64,000 bases of DNA, from contig JASFLY010000001.1 in NCBI GenBank assembly GCA_050117845.1, positions 96,001 through 160,000 of the forward strand. The letters are read 5' to 3'. A program made the position numbers and the translations under genes. Of the stretch, positions 48,204 through 58,434 are shown one piece after another. The notes under the pieces are model-generated. The model saw only the letters and a list, made by a program, of their open reading frames with translations. It did not search any database and had not been told where the DNA came from. This DNA comes from Candidatus Zixiibacteriota bacterium. Lineage in GTDB: Bacteria; RBG-13-66-14; B26-G2; WVWN01. Position 1 is the stretch's first letter. Every line of letters begins with the position of its first letter.

Positions 48204-48947
48204 CTAAGTGAATATCCAGAAACAGAAGGCCGTAACGCTGACGCCGAGAAGCGCGCCCGCCGCGACCTCCAAAAAAGAATGTATACCCATCCGTATACGC
48301 GATACGGCTATGGTTAACGCGAGAACGAAGGTTATCACCGCTATAAGTGGGTTGCGGCTGAGCAGGGACACCGCGGTCCAAAGGCCGAAGGCCGCGGCCG
48401 CGTGGCCGCTGGGCAGGCCGCCCCGCAGGAAGGTCCCTTTCCCCGTTACCGCCTTCACGATGAATACGAGAAGGACGGTGAGCCCCAGCGACACGACGGC
48501 GACGTGCTCCGGCGTGCGCCGCACGTTCACGAGCGTCGTAACGATGGGCCCCTTGAGGCGCTCGAAGAATATCAGGTATCCCACCAGAACCGCGTTGAGC
48601 GACGAGAACAGCACCGCCCCGGCGGCCACGTCCTTGGCGATGCGGGCCATAGGGTGATACCGTTCCACCGTCAGGTCCAGCATGACCTCGAGCGAGGAGT
48701 TTATCATCTCGGTTATCAGGACGAGCGCGATGGTGATGAGAAGGAGGATGAGTTCGGTCTTGGTAATCGAGAGCCAAACGCTCGCGACCAGCGCAAGGAC
48801 CGTGACGGCGAAATGGATCTTGACGTTGCGCTGCGTGCGCAGGGCGTACACGATGCCCTCGAGCGCGCTGTTGAAAGAGCGGGCCAGGCCCCCTTCCTTC
48901 ATGAAGAAGGCTTCCACGCGGTTGCGTTTTTTCCGGTTCTTGGTCAC
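48204..48947 (-). CDS. dgkA: Diacylglycerol/undecaprenol kinase fused to PAP2 phosphatase
   Basis: SFNSALEG, EMINSSLE, AKDVAAGAV; LPSGHAA, SR...GIHS..EV. Confidence 0.9.
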   Translation of the reverse strand: MTKNRKKRNRVEAFFMKEGGLARSFNSALEGIVYALRTQRNVKIHFAVTVLALVASVWLSITKTELILLLITIALVLITEMINSSLEVMLDLTVERYHPMARIAKDVAAGAVLFSSLNAVLVGYLIFFERLKGPIVTTLVNVRRTPEHVAVVSLGLTVLLVFIVKAVTGKGTFLRGGLPSGHAAAAFGLWTAVSLLSRNPLIAVITFVLALTIAVSRIRMGIHSFLEVAAGALLGVSVTAFCFWIFT

Positions 48948-48954
48948 GTGGCGT

Positions 48955-49407
48955 TTAATCTTTCGCGGCGGCCAGTTCCTCGGCCACCCTTTCCATTTCG
49001 GCGTAATCGTCGTCCGTATCGTGTTCGAAACCGGCGAGGTGGAGCAGGCCGTGAGCCACCAGCGCGCACAGCTCGTCCTCCTCGCTCACGCCCCGCTCCG
49101 CCGCCTGCTCGCGGGCGCGGTCGGCCGAAACGTAGACCTCGCCCCACAGCCAAACTTCTTCCGGTTCGGCCGGGTCTCGCCCTATCGGAAACGCGAGGAC
49201 GTCCGTCGGTCCCTCCATGCCGCGGTACTCGCGGTTCAGCTCTTCCAACAGTTCGTCGCCCGCCACGGTGACATCCAGCACGGCCTCCGGCGGCACGTCG
49301 TACTCGCGCCGGAACCGCTCGATCACACCTTCCAGCCGCCGCCGACTAATTGGACTTGGTTTCGGCAGAATGCGTAGACAGGTACGGGACGACGTATTGT
49401 TCCCCAT
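48955..49407 (-). CDS. ybeY: rRNA maturation endoribonuclease
   Basis: LNREYR...PTDVLAF; HGLLHLAGFEH. Confidence 0.93.
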   Translation of the reverse strand: MGNNTSSRTCLRILPKPSPISRRRLEGVIERFRREYDVPPEAVLDVTVAGDELLEELNREYRGMEGPTDVLAFPIGRDPAEPEEVWLWGEVYVSADRAREQAAERGVSEEDELCALVAHGLLHLAGFEHDTDDDYAEMERVAEELAAAKD

Positions 49408-51628
49408 TTTCCGGATACGTGGGCCTAATATGGAAAATACTGTTGAGCGCTTTTATCAAACTTTCTTTTACGAGATGTATTTCCGCGAGCGTCAGGTCGC
49501 ACTCGTCGAGTTGGCCGTCGGCCAGCCGGGCGGCCACTATCTTCTCGACCATCGAACGGATGCTCGTCGGCGAGGGGTCCTCGAGCGACCTCGAGGCCGA
49601 TTCCACCGCGTCGGCCAGCATCACGATGGGCGTTATCTTGCCCCGGGGCTTGGGGCCCGGATAGCGGAAATCGTCCTCGACCAGAACCTTGTGTTCGTCG
49701 AGCTTCATGGCCTGCTGGTAGAAGAAGGATATTAGGCTCGTGCCGTGGTGCTCCAGAATCGTATCGACTATCGCCGGCGGCAGGCCCGCCTCCTCGGCCA
49801 TCTTCGCCCCCTGCTTGGTATGCGACGATACGACGAGGCTGCTCATCTGGGGCGACAGGTGTTCGTGTTGAACGCCCTCGCCGCCGGTGTTCTCGGCGAA
49901 ATAGGCCGGGGCGCGGAGTTTTCCGATGTCGTGGTAATACGCGGCCACGCGGGCCAGGAGCGGATTCGCGTTCACCACGCCCGCCGCCCCCTCCGCCAGG
50001 CTGCCCACGACGATGCTGTGATGGTAGGTCCCCGGCGCCTCGAGCAGGAGTTTGCGGAGAAGCGGTTGGTTCAGGTCGCCCAATTCTATAAGCTTGAGGT
50101 CGGTCACGACGTCGAAGGTCATCTCGAAGAGCGGCAGGAGAATAGCGAGGATGGCGACACTCGCCGCCGCAAGGACGGTGGCCCACCAGATCTCCTCGCC
50201 CACGGCCTGCCAGGGCGACATGTCCACCAGGCCGATGCCCACGGCCGTCGCGGCCGAAGCCAACGCGATGCCGATGAAGACCCGGTAGAAGTCGACGCGC
50301 CGCCGAATCCCGGCGACCATGAAGACGCTTACGCCCGCGGCCGACAGGGCCATGAACGCCGGCCGGAACGCCACGCCCGCCATCACGCCCGCCAGGACCG
50401 CCAGCGCCATCGCCACCACGAACCCGAAACCGCTATCGATAAGAAGAGTAATCAGCATGGCGCCGAGGCAGGCCGCGAAGATATAGACCGCCGTCGGCGA
50501 GAAGTTCACGAGGACCAGCCCCAGGGCCCGGGAAACGAAGCAGGACGCGACCAGTACCACGCCCACCATCCACCAGTAGCGGATTTCGCCCGCGAGGGTC
50601 GGCCTGTATCTCAGGAAAAATATGCCCAGTATCGTGAGGACCATCGCCACCAGAAGCGACCGGCCGCCGAGCGATACGGCGAGGTTCTTGATGGTCTGAC
50701 CCGAGTACAGGGCCGTAACTGCCCGGATCTGCGCCCGCGTAATGACCTGGTTGCGCTCTACTATCTTCTCGTTCTCCTCCACCCACCGTTCGATGGGTTC
50801 GACCGCGTCACGCGCCTCCCGGCGGCGCCGCTCGGTCTCGGTCTCGTCGTACAGGAGGTTGGGCCGGACGTTCAAAGCCACTACCTCGGCGACCGCCCGC
50901 GCCTCCTCCGGGGACAGCGACGTATCCTGCGAAGCGAGCGTGCGGCCCCGCCCCACCGCCGTCGCGGGGCTCAGGAGCTCGTCGGCGTTGACTATCTTGC
51001 CGGCCTCGTCCTCTCCCCGCATGAGCGTCACGGTCTTCCCGAGGCCCCGCCGGTCAATCTCCGCGGTATCGATTACGCCCTCCGTTGACAGCGCGGCCAG
51101 GAGTTCCGCCGAACGGCCGCGGACGGCGTCCAGCGTATCGGGCCCGGCCTTGAGGAGGAAGACCAGCGTCTCCCGGCTCAAGGAAATGCTAAGCTCGTCG
51201 AGGAAGGTTTCGCGTTCGGCGCTGCTCTTGGCAGTGTACGTATCCGCGAGTTGGCGAATTATTACGAAGAACTCGCGCAGTTCGTCCTGGGCGATATCGG
51301 CGGCGTGGGGGGTTTCGCGGAAGACGGGAAGCACCCGGGCGGCGGCCTCGTCCCGTTCGCGCCGCAGCGTTACCCGGTCCTTCTCCACCGCGAATTTATA
51401 GGGGGCGGTAACGTCGGCCTTGGCTATCTCGCCCTCGGTCAGGGCCGGCCGGCGGAAGAACTGGTTGGGCGTCACTATAAGCGAGAGTATGACGAACGTC
51501 CCCAGGGCGATGCCGACGCGCTTGGCGTTGAGGCGGCGCCAAGGCTTGTCGGCCTTCTTCCGGCCCACGGTACGGCGGCCGCCGAAAAAGCGGCGCAAGC
51601 GCACCTGGAATCTCTTCCCAAGAGCCAC
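49346..51628 (-). CDS. pgpH: 7TM-HD phosphohydrolase (PgpH-like c-di-AMP phosphodiesterase)
   Basis: Extracytoplasmic domain, 7 TM, APGTYHHS, YYHDIGK, HHGT, FRYPGPKP, MLADAVE. Confidence 0.88.
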   Translation of the reverse strand: MALGKRFQVRLRRFFGGRRTVGRKKADKPWRRLNAKRVGIALGTFVILSLIVTPNQFFRRPALTEGEIAKADVTAPYKFAVEKDRVTLRRERDEAAARVLPVFRETPHAADIAQDELREFFVIIRQLADTYTAKSSAERETFLDELSISLSRETLVFLLKAGPDTLDAVRGRSAELLAALSTEGVIDTAEIDRRGLGKTVTLMRGEDEAGKIVNADELLSPATAVGRGRTLASQDTSLSPEEARAVAEVVALNVRPNLLYDETETERRRREARDAVEPIERWVEENEKIVERNQVITRAQIRAVTALYSGQTIKNLAVSLGGRSLLVAMVLTILGIFFLRYRPTLAGEIRYWWMVGVVLVASCFVSRALGLVLVNFSPTAVYIFAACLGAMLITLLIDSGFGFVVAMALAVLAGVMAGVAFRPAFMALSAAGVSVFMVAGIRRRVDFYRVFIGIALASAATAVGIGLVDMSPWQAVGEEIWWATVLAAASVAILAILLPLFEMTFDVVTDLKLIELGDLNQPLLRKLLLEAPGTYHHSIVVGSLAEGAAGVVNANPLLARVAAYYHDIGKLRAPAYFAENTGGEGVQHEHLSPQMSSLVVSSHTKQGAKMAEEAGLPPAIVDTILEHHGTSLISFFYQQAMKLDEHKVLVEDDFRYPGPKPRGKITPIVMLADAVESASRSLEDPSPTSIRSMVEKIVAARLADGQLDECDLTLAEIHLVKESLIKALNSIFHIRPTYPENGEQYVVPYLSTHSAETKSN

Positions 51629-51631
51629 GCT

Positions 51632-52717
51632 TTATTTCTTACCTTTCGGCCCGGACGGGGCCGTGGGGCGACGCTTCCCGGCGCGGGCGGCCGAGGCCCG
51701 GGGGTCATCCCTGTGCTCGGCCTCGTACGCGTCGTACGCGTCCACGACGCTCTGGATAATGGGATGCCGGACGACGTCCCGCCGCGTGAGGTACGCGAAA
51801 TCGATGCCCTCGGTCCCTTTTAGTATATCCTGAATCTCGACCAAGCCCGAGCGCACGTTTTCTTCCAAATCGATCTGAGTGATGTCGCCGGTCACCACGG
51901 CCTTGGAGCCGAAGCCCAGCCGCGTTAAAAACATCTTCATCTGCTCGTAGGTGGTGTTCTGCGCCTCGTCCAGGATTACGAAGGACTCGTTGAGGGTGCG
52001 GCCGCGCATGTACGCCAGCGGTACGACCTCCACCACGCCCCGGTCCATGAGCCGGGTCGTCCGGTCGAAGTCCATCATGTCGTGCAACGCGTCGTAGAGC
52101 GGCCGGAGGTACGGCGCGACCTTATCGGTGAAGTCGCCCGGGAGGTATCCCAGCTTCTCGCCGGCCTCGACCGCCGGCCGCACGAGCACGAGCCGCCGCA
52201 CTTCCTCCCGCATCAGCATATCCACGGCCATGGCCATCGCGACGTAGGTCTTGCCGGTGCCGGCGGGGCCGATGGCAAAAACAATCGTGTGGTCGCGGAT
52301 GCTCTGCGCGTACGCGCGCTGGCCCGGCGTGCGCGGCCGTATGAAGCGGCGCCGCGAGGGAACCGGTATCGCCTCGGAGAGGATTTCCACCAGTTCCGTT
52401 TCGGGGTCCTCGCGGAGGGCGTCGAGGGCGTAGTTTATCTGGGACCCGGCCGCCTCCGGCGCCCCCTCACACGATTCCAGCACGCGTTCGAAGAGGTCGG
52501 CCGTGCGGTCCACCGCTTCCTCGTCCCCGCGGATGACGAGCTCGTTGCCCCGGGCTACTATCTGCACGCCGAACAGCGCCTCGGCCCGTTTGAGGTTCTC
52601 GTCGCCCCGGCCGTAGAAGGCCGCGGCGCGATTGTTATCCGGGATGTACAACCGGGCGGTAAAGACGCCGCCGGTTTCGTATTTCTTTCCGTCCGAGATT
52701 TTCTGGCTCATAATCAT
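51632..52717 (-). CDS. phoH: PhoH-family ATPase
   Basis: GPAGTGKT, RPAVEAGE.LG.LPG, MRGRTL, LDEAQN, DVVRH. Confidence 0.95.
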   Translation of the reverse strand: MIMSQKISDGKKYETGGVFTARLYIPDNNRAAAFYGRGDENLKRAEALFGVQIVARGNELVIRGDEEAVDRTADLFERVLESCEGAPEAAGSQINYALDALREDPETELVEILSEAIPVPSRRRFIRPRTPGQRAYAQSIRDHTIVFAIGPAGTGKTYVAMAMAVDMLMREEVRRLVLVRPAVEAGEKLGYLPGDFTDKVAPYLRPLYDALHDMMDFDRTTRLMDRGVVEVVPLAYMRGRTLNESFVILDEAQNTTYEQMKMFLTRLGFGSKAVVTGDITQIDLEENVRSGLVEIQDILKGTEGIDFAYLTRRDVVRHPIIQSVVDAYDAYEAEHRDDPRASAARAGKRRPTAPSGPKGKK

Positions 52718-52718
52718 T

Positions 52719-53648
52719 TTATTCCGTCGCCGGCGCGACCTCTATTTCGGGAGGAGACACCGAAACCAGCGTTACGTAATCCGGCACTTCGATTTTAACG
52801 GGGTAGCGGCCGCGCCCCCGGGGATAGACCTCCGCCGTCACGCGGCCCAGCGCGGCCAGCCGGCCGGCCTCGCCCTCCACCGTGACCGACACCACGGCCG
52901 GGCTCAAACGGAAGGTTCCGGTCCCGGACCCCCGCGCGCCGACCCGCACCCCCGAGAGGGTCCGGCGCTCGCCGGGGCCCACGGGCACGCTAACGCGGGC
53001 CTCGTCCGCGCCCACCAGCGTTATGCCGGCGGGGGCCTTTATCGGCACGTCGGCCGCGAACGACTCGCTACGCCCCTCGGCGTCCACGATGACGGATACC
53101 GCGCGCACCTTATCGAGCACGGTAACCGACCCGTAGAGGGTGGCCTTGGCCGGCTCGACCGCAGGTATACCCAGGTAATACCCCGAGGCCGGCGTCCCCG
53201 AGAACTCCGCCTTTATGGGAACGCCCTTCGTAATCCGCCGCTCGAGTTCGACCCCTACCGTACGGTCGCTCAATATCTCCTCGACCGTAACGTCGCGGCC
53301 GCCGGAGTAAACCACGTCGGACGGCGTGAGCGCGATGGTATGGGTCCCGGCGTCCCGGCCGGAGACGTTGACCATAACCTTGAAGTCCGCCTCCCGAACG
53401 CGGAACAGGTCCCGGCCCTTGCCCGCCACGCGGACCGAAACGCTGTCCGGCGTGGGGCCGCCGACCGTTACGCCCTCCGGCACGCCCTCGAGCTCCACGG
53501 GCGCCTCTATTTCGCGGTAGGCGACGCGGCCGCTCATGATGAAGACCCAGAACAGCACCGCCAGGATGAACGCCAGTATCTTGAGGCCGGCGTTCCCGAA
53601 GAGGCGCCGGAAGCGCCCCCGTAGTTCCATTCCCATGCGCCGGGGCAT
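52719..53648 (-). CDS. cdaR: CdaR/YbbR-repeat regulator of diadenylate cyclase
   Basis: N.GLKILAFILAVLFW.F TM followed by YbbR repeats; true start near 53648, not 54203. Confidence 0.85.
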   Translation of the reverse strand: MPRRMGMELRGRFRRLFGNAGLKILAFILAVLFWVFIMSGRVAYREIEAPVELEGVPEGVTVGGPTPDSVSVRVAGKGRDLFRVREADFKVMVNVSGRDAGTHTIALTPSDVVYSGGRDVTVEEILSDRTVGVELERRITKGVPIKAEFSGTPASGYYLGIPAVEPAKATLYGSVTVLDKVRAVSVIVDAEGRSESFAADVPIKAPAGITLVGADEARVSVPVGPGERRTLSGVRVGARGSGTGTFRLSPAVVSVTVEGEAGRLAALGRVTAEVYPRGRGRYPVKIEVPDYVTLVSVSPPEIEVAPATE

Positions 53649-53656
53649 GACTTTTT

Positions 53657-54406
53657 CTACAACCTGCCTTTTAAATAATCCAACAGCGACGCCTTGAGGT
53701 CGTCGATGGCGGCGACGGGTTTCAGGGCCCCGTCCGCCGCGATGGAGACACGGCCGCTCTCTTCCGACACGACGATGACGACGGCGTCCGTGACCTCGGT
53801 GATGCCCAGGGCCGCGCGGTGCCGGGCCCCGCGGCTCTTGGATACCTCCGGGTTCTCGGTCAAGGGCAGCATCACGGCCGCCGCGGCGACGCGGTCGCCC
53901 TCGACGATGGCCGCGCCGTCGTGGAGCGGCGAGTGGCCCTCGAATATCGCGCCCAACAGTTCGCGCGAGATCTCGCTGTTCAGGCGCACGCCGCGCTCGA
54001 CGTAGTTGCCCAGCGGCACCGTGCGCTCGAAGACGAGGAGCGCGCCCACGCGGGTCGCGGCGAACTCGAACATCGTGTTGACGACGACGTCGATGGTCGT
54101 TTCCTTTCGGCCCAGCACGGCCCTCACCAGCCGGTTCTTGCCCAAAAGGCCCAGGGCCTTCCGGATCTCGGGCTGGAAGACGATTATGGCGGCGATGAAC
54201 CACACCGCCCGCAGGTGCTCGAAGAACCAGTTTATCGAGTGCAGGTCGAAGAGCGACGCGACCGCCGCCACCGCGGCCAGTATGACCACGCCCGCCGCCA
54301 TCGGCGCCGCCGGCGTCCCTTTGACGAGCAGCATCAACCGGTAGATGACGAACGCCATCACCAGGATGTCCACCGCGTCTTGCACTCTGAAGGTCAGTCC
54401 GAACAT
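53657..54406 (-). CDS. cdaA: Diadenylate cyclase
   Basis: Three TM, IVFQPEIR, SPLHDGA, GARHRAA. Confidence 0.95.
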   Translation of the reverse strand: MFGLTFRVQDAVDILVMAFVIYRLMLLVKGTPAAPMAAGVVILAAVAAVASLFDLHSINWFFEHLRAVWFIAAIIVFQPEIRKALGLLGKNRLVRAVLGRKETTIDVVVNTMFEFAATRVGALLVFERTVPLGNYVERGVRLNSEISRELLGAIFEGHSPLHDGAAIVEGDRVAAAAVMLPLTENPEVSKSRGARHRAALGITEVTDAVVIVVSEESGRVSIAADGALKPVAAIDDLKASLLDYLKGRL

Positions 54407-54413
54407 ATCGCCT

Positions 54414-55616
54414 TTACGCCCCGCTCACCGCCGCGGCTACCGCGAGCGCCTGCGCCGTCTCGGCCACGTCGTGGACCCGGAGGACGTGGGCCCCGCGGCC
54501 CGCGGCCGCGAGCGCAGCCCCCAGCGAACCGCCGAGGCGGCCTTCCACCTCCGCGCCGGTCAATATACCTATAAACGCCTTACGTGAATGCCCTATTACC
54601 ACCGGATAGCCGAGGTCCGCCAGCGCCGGGATATTATTGAGAAGTTTCAGGTTGTGCTCGAGCGTCTTGCCGAAGCCGATGCCCGGGTCGATAAGGACCT
54701 GCGCGACGCCCTGCGCCGTCGCCCACTCCGCCCGGGCCGCCAGGAAGTCCCGCACCTCCGCCACGACGTCGCCGTACGTCGGGTCGTCCTGCATGTCGGC
54801 GGGCGTGCCGCGCATGTGCATTACCACGTACGGCAGGGCGAACTCGGCGCAGACCTCGGCAATCGCCGGGTCGTCCCGGCCGGCCGAGATGTCGTTAACC
54901 ATCGCCGCGCCGACCTCCGCGGCCCGGCGGGCCACCGCGGCCCGGCGGGTATCCACCGATACCGGGAAGTCCTCCGCCACGGCCTCCAGCACCGGCATAA
55001 CGCGGCCGAGTTCCTCCTCTTCGGAGACGTAGGCCGAACCGGGCCGGCTGGACTCGCCCCCGACGTCGACTATATCCGCACCCTGATCGCGCAACCGCCG
55101 GGCGTGCGCCGCCGCGGCCTCCGGCGCCGCGAACGCGCCGCCGTCCGAGAACGAGTCCGGCGTGACGTTGACGATCCCCATCACGAGGGAACGTTCGAGC
55201 GTTATCGCCTCGCCGCGGAGCGTGAGTTCGGGTACGGCCTCCCACGAGGCCACGGCCCGCGCTATCCCTTTCCCCAGTTCGGTAAGGCCGAAGGCCTGGC
55301 CGTCCAGCTTGCGGGCCACGAGGCCGAGCTGGGCGGCGGTGCCGAATAAAAGGGCGTCGCTCTGGGGCACCCGGCAGACGACCGCGTCTCGATGGACCGC
55401 GGCCTCGGCGCCCGAAGACAACGCCACTTGTTTCACGATATTGGCGGCGGCCGGATGGATATTCGTTACGCGGACCGCCCGGGCGGAGAACTTGGCCGCC
55501 ATGATGTCCACGCCCGCCGGGGCGACGCCGATTTCGGCCATCAGGGCCCGCGCCTGAGCCGGCGAGTCGAACCACACGCTCCGGACCGTAATCGAACCGT
55601 CGTTATCGTCCGTCAT
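54414..55616 (-). CDS. folP: Dihydropteroate synthase with N-terminal extension
   Basis: MGIVNVTPDSFSDGG, DVGGESSRPG, DPGIGFGK, SRK, RVHDV. Confidence 0.95.
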   Translation of the reverse strand: MTDDNDGSITVRSVWFDSPAQARALMAEIGVAPAGVDIMAAKFSARAVRVTNIHPAAANIVKQVALSSGAEAAVHRDAVVCRVPQSDALLFGTAAQLGLVARKLDGQAFGLTELGKGIARAVASWEAVPELTLRGEAITLERSLVMGIVNVTPDSFSDGGAFAAPEAAAAHARRLRDQGADIVDVGGESSRPGSAYVSEEEELGRVMPVLEAVAEDFPVSVDTRRAAVARRAAEVGAAMVNDISAGRDDPAIAEVCAEFALPYVVMHMRGTPADMQDDPTYGDVVAEVRDFLAARAEWATAQGVAQVLIDPGIGFGKTLEHNLKLLNNIPALADLGYPVVIGHSRKAFIGILTGAEVEGRLGGSLGAALAAAGRGAHVLRVHDVAETAQALAVAAAVSGA

Positions 55617-57547
55617 TATGTTTCGAGAGCCGGTTCGGCCCCGGGGACGTCCCGCGTCCTTTCAGCCGCCTCCTTTGCCCGGCTTTTGTCGCGCTCTTTT
55701 TTCTTGGCGGGCCGCTTCGAGAAAGGCGGTAATTCCTCGCCGGCCAGGAGCTTGTCTATCTCGTCGCCGGTCAGCGTTTCCCGCTCCAATAACTCTTCCG
55801 CGATAATCTCGAGCTTCTTTTTATTCTTCTTAAGGAGACGAGCCGCCCGGTCGTAGGCCTCTTCCACCAGGCGTCGGATCTCGGCGTCGATGGCCTGGGC
55901 GGTCTCTTCCGAATAGTCGCGGTGTTGGGCTATCTCGCGGCCCAGGAATATGGCTTCCTCGCGCCGCCCGAAGGCCACCGGCCCGAGTTGCTCGCTCATG
56001 CCCCAGTCGCATATCATCTTGCGGGCCAGGTCGGTGGCGCGTTCGATGTCGTTCCCGGCGCCGGAGGTCTCCTGGTCGAACACGAGCATTTCGGCCGCCC
56101 GGCCGCCCAGCATATGGTCGAGGAGCACCCGGCAGTACTCCTTGGAGTACATGTGCTTCTCTTCCTCGGGCAGGGACTGCGTGAGGCCCAGCGCCATGCC
56201 GCGCGGGATAATCGTCACCTTGTGCACCGGGTCCGAGCCGGGCGTGAGCTTGGCCACCAGCGCGTGGCCTACTTCGTGGTAGGCCGCTATCTTCTTCTCT
56301 TCCTCGCTTATGACGTGGCTCTTGCGCTCCGGCCCCATCATGACCTTGTCGCGGGCGTCCTCCATATCCACCTGGGTGACGGCCGTGCGGTCCCGCCGGG
56401 CGGCGAGAAGCGCGGCCTCGTTCACCAGGTTCGCCAGGTCGGCCCCGGAGAAGTACGGCGTCCCCCGGGCGACGAGTTCGAGGTCGACGTCGTCGTCCAG
56501 CGGTATCTCGCGGGTGTGCACTTCCAGGATGCCGAGGCGCCCCTTGAGGTCGGGCCGGTCCACCACGACGGTCCGGTCGAAGCGGCCGGGCCTGAGCAGC
56601 GCCGGGTCGAGGACGTCGGGGCGGTTTGTCGCGGACAGCAGGATTACGCCGTCGTTGCTCTCGAAACCGTCCATCTCGACCAGGAGCTGGTTCAGCGTTT
56701 GCTCGCGTTCGTCGTGGCCTCCGCCCAGCCCCGCGCCGCGCAGGCGGCCCACGGCGTCCAGCTCGTCGATGAAGACGATGCAGGGGGCGTGCTTCTTGGC
56801 CTCGTCGAAGAGGTCCCGGACGCGGGCCGCGCCCACGCCCACGAACATCTCGACGAAGTCGGAGCCGGAGATGGAGAGGAACGGCACGCCGGCCTCGCCG
56901 GCCACCGCCCGGCCCATCAGCGTCTTGCCGGATCCCGGCGGCCCCACCAGGAGCACGCCCTTGGGAATCTTGCCGCCGAGCTTCTGGAACTTGCGCGGGT
57001 CCTTGAGGAACTCGATTATCTCCTGCAGTTCCTCCTTGGCCTCCTCGGCCCCGGCCACGTCCTCGAAGGTCACCTTCTGCTTGCCCTCGTCGAAGAGGCG
57101 GGCCCTGCTCTTGCCGAATTGCATGGCCTTGTTATTCGGGCTCTGCATCCGCCGGAAGAGCCATATGAAGAAGGCGAACAAGAGGACGTACGGCCCCACC
57201 GAGACGAGAATCGTGAACCAGAGGGACTTGGAGTCCTGGGTATCGACCTTGACGCCGGCGTCCTCGAGTTTCTTGACGAACTCGGAGTCCACGACGGGCG
57301 CCTGGGTCTTGAATTTCGTGAACGGCTTGGCGTCGCCTTCGGTGCGGGCTTCCTTGCTCAACTCGCCGGTGATCTTGTTCTCCTGGAGTACTACCTCGGT
57401 CACGATGCCCTTGGCCAGAAGTTCGTTGAACTTCCAGTAGGGTATCTTCGCCACCCGTTCGGACTTCATAACGAAGAATTGATACACCGTCGCGACGGCG
57501 AGTATTATAATAATCCACGGGAGTAGGCCCCGTAATACGCGCTTCAT
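55616..57547 (-). CDS. ftsH: ATP-dependent zinc metalloprotease FtsH
   Basis: Two [30 protein letters not shown]. Confidence 0.98.
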   Translation of the reverse strand: MKRVLRGLLPWIIIILAVATVYQFFVMKSERVAKIPYWKFNELLAKGIVTEVVLQENKITGELSKEARTEGDAKPFTKFKTQAPVVDSEFVKKLEDAGVKVDTQDSKSLWFTILVSVGPYVLLFAFFIWLFRRMQSPNNKAMQFGKSRARLFDEGKQKVTFEDVAGAEEAKEELQEIIEFLKDPRKFQKLGGKIPKGVLLVGPPGSGKTLMGRAVAGEAGVPFLSISGSDFVEMFVGVGAARVRDLFDEAKKHAPCIVFIDELDAVGRLRGAGLGGGHDEREQTLNQLLVEMDGFESNDGVILLSATNRPDVLDPALLRPGRFDRTVVVDRPDLKGRLGILEVHTREIPLDDDVDLELVARGTPYFSGADLANLVNEAALLAARRDRTAVTQVDMEDARDKVMMGPERKSHVISEEEKKIAAYHEVGHALVAKLTPGSDPVHKVTIIPRGMALGLTQSLPEEEKHMYSKEYCRVLLDHMLGGRAAEMLVFDQETSGAGNDIERATDLARKMICDWGMSEQLGPVAFGRREEAIFLGREIAQHRDYSEETAQAIDAEIRRLVEEAYDRAARLLKKNKKKLEIIAEELLERETLTGDEIDKLLAGEELPPFSKRPAKKKERDKSRAKEAAERTRDVPGAEPALET

Positions 57548-57606
57548 TAAAACCTCCTACGAACGGCGACGCGGCCGTTCGTTATTATCTTAATTTATCC
57601 CGATTA

Positions 57607-57635
57607 ATACTACCACATCCGAAAGTTTAAAACAA
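57607..57635 (-). promoter_or_regulatory. ftsH promoter
   Basis: TTGTTT-N17-TAGTAT with extended TG. Confidence 0.5.
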
Positions 57636-57739
57636 CGGATTTCGGGGCGGCCGCCGCCCGGGAACGCCGACGCCGGCCCCGCTAAAGCCTTGGACGTACC
57701 TCCGGGGTCAACGGTTTATATTACTCCTTAAAAGATATA

Positions 57740-57768
57740 TTGACACCGTTATAGGCCGATGTTATAAG
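57740..57768 (+). promoter_or_regulatory. cobO promoter
   Basis: TTGACA-N17-TATAAG with extended TG. Confidence 0.7.
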
Positions 57769-57870
57769 AAAATCCCTTCCCGGCCCCAAAAGCGGGCGTG
57801 GAACGGCTCAAGAGGAAGGGCGGGCCGGCCCGGCCGGCCTTTAACATCCCCCCAGCAACGGAAAAACGAT

Positions 57871-58398
57871 ATGCTAGGTGCACCGGGTACCGTTCAGGTT
57901 TATACGGGCGACGGCAAGGGCAAAACCACCGCCGCGCTGGGCCTCGGCCTGCGCGCCTGGGGCCACGGCGCCCGCGTCCTCGTCATCCAGTACATGAAAG
58001 GCCGCATCAACTACGGCGAGCTGGAGGCGGCCCGCAAGCTCGACGGCTTCGACATAGAGCAGTACGGCCGGGAGACCTTCGTGAACAGGGAGAACCCGGC
58101 CGAGGAGGACGTGGCCTTCGCCCGGGCGGCGCTGGCCCGGTCCCGGGAGGTCGTCGCCGGCGGGGAGTACGACCTCGTTGTGCTGGACGAGGTCAACGTC
58201 GCCGCCGACTACGGCCTGGTGACGATAGACGAAATACTGGAAGTCATCGCACGCAAAGCTCCGGAGACGGAGCTTATTTTGACCGGACGGGAAGCCCCGG
58301 CCGAATTCCGGGAAGCCGCGGACCTCGTGAGCGAGGTGCGGGAAGTCAAACACCATTACCGCATAGGCGTGCCGGCCCGGAAAGGCATCGAATTTTAA
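57871..58398 (+). CDS. cobO: Cob(I)alamin adenosyltransferase (CobO/BtuR)
   Basis: YTGDGKGKTTAALG, LVVLDE, LTGR, ADLVSE..EVKH...G..ARKGIEF. Confidence 0.95.
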   Translation: MLGAPGTVQVYTGDGKGKTTAALGLGLRAWGHGARVLVIQYMKGRINYGELEAARKLDGFDIEQYGRETFVNRENPAEEDVAFARAALARSREVVAGGEYDLVVLDEVNVAADYGLVTIDEILEVIARKAPETELILTGREAPAEFREAADLVSEVREVKHHYRIGVPARKGIEF

Positions 58399-58434
58399 TA
58401 AACTTCTTCATTGTATTGAGGAGGGTAATTCGGG

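Noticed and set aside
53649..54203. Long N-terminal extension of cdaR in the ORF track
   Set aside because: Arg-rich out-of-frame overlap with cdaA; CdaR similarity starts near 53648
55230..55616. FolP N-terminal extension as a novelty
   Set aside because: Extended ~400-aa FolP forms are known in several anaerobic lineages
55922..57526. 534-aa and 376-aa plus-strand ORFs
   Set aside because: Antisense shadows of ftsH; the same applies to 49745..51088, 61439..62833 and other overlapping ORFs
57700..57870. Canonical cobalamin riboswitch upstream of cobO
   Set aside because: B12-box and conserved core motifs not found; leader too short
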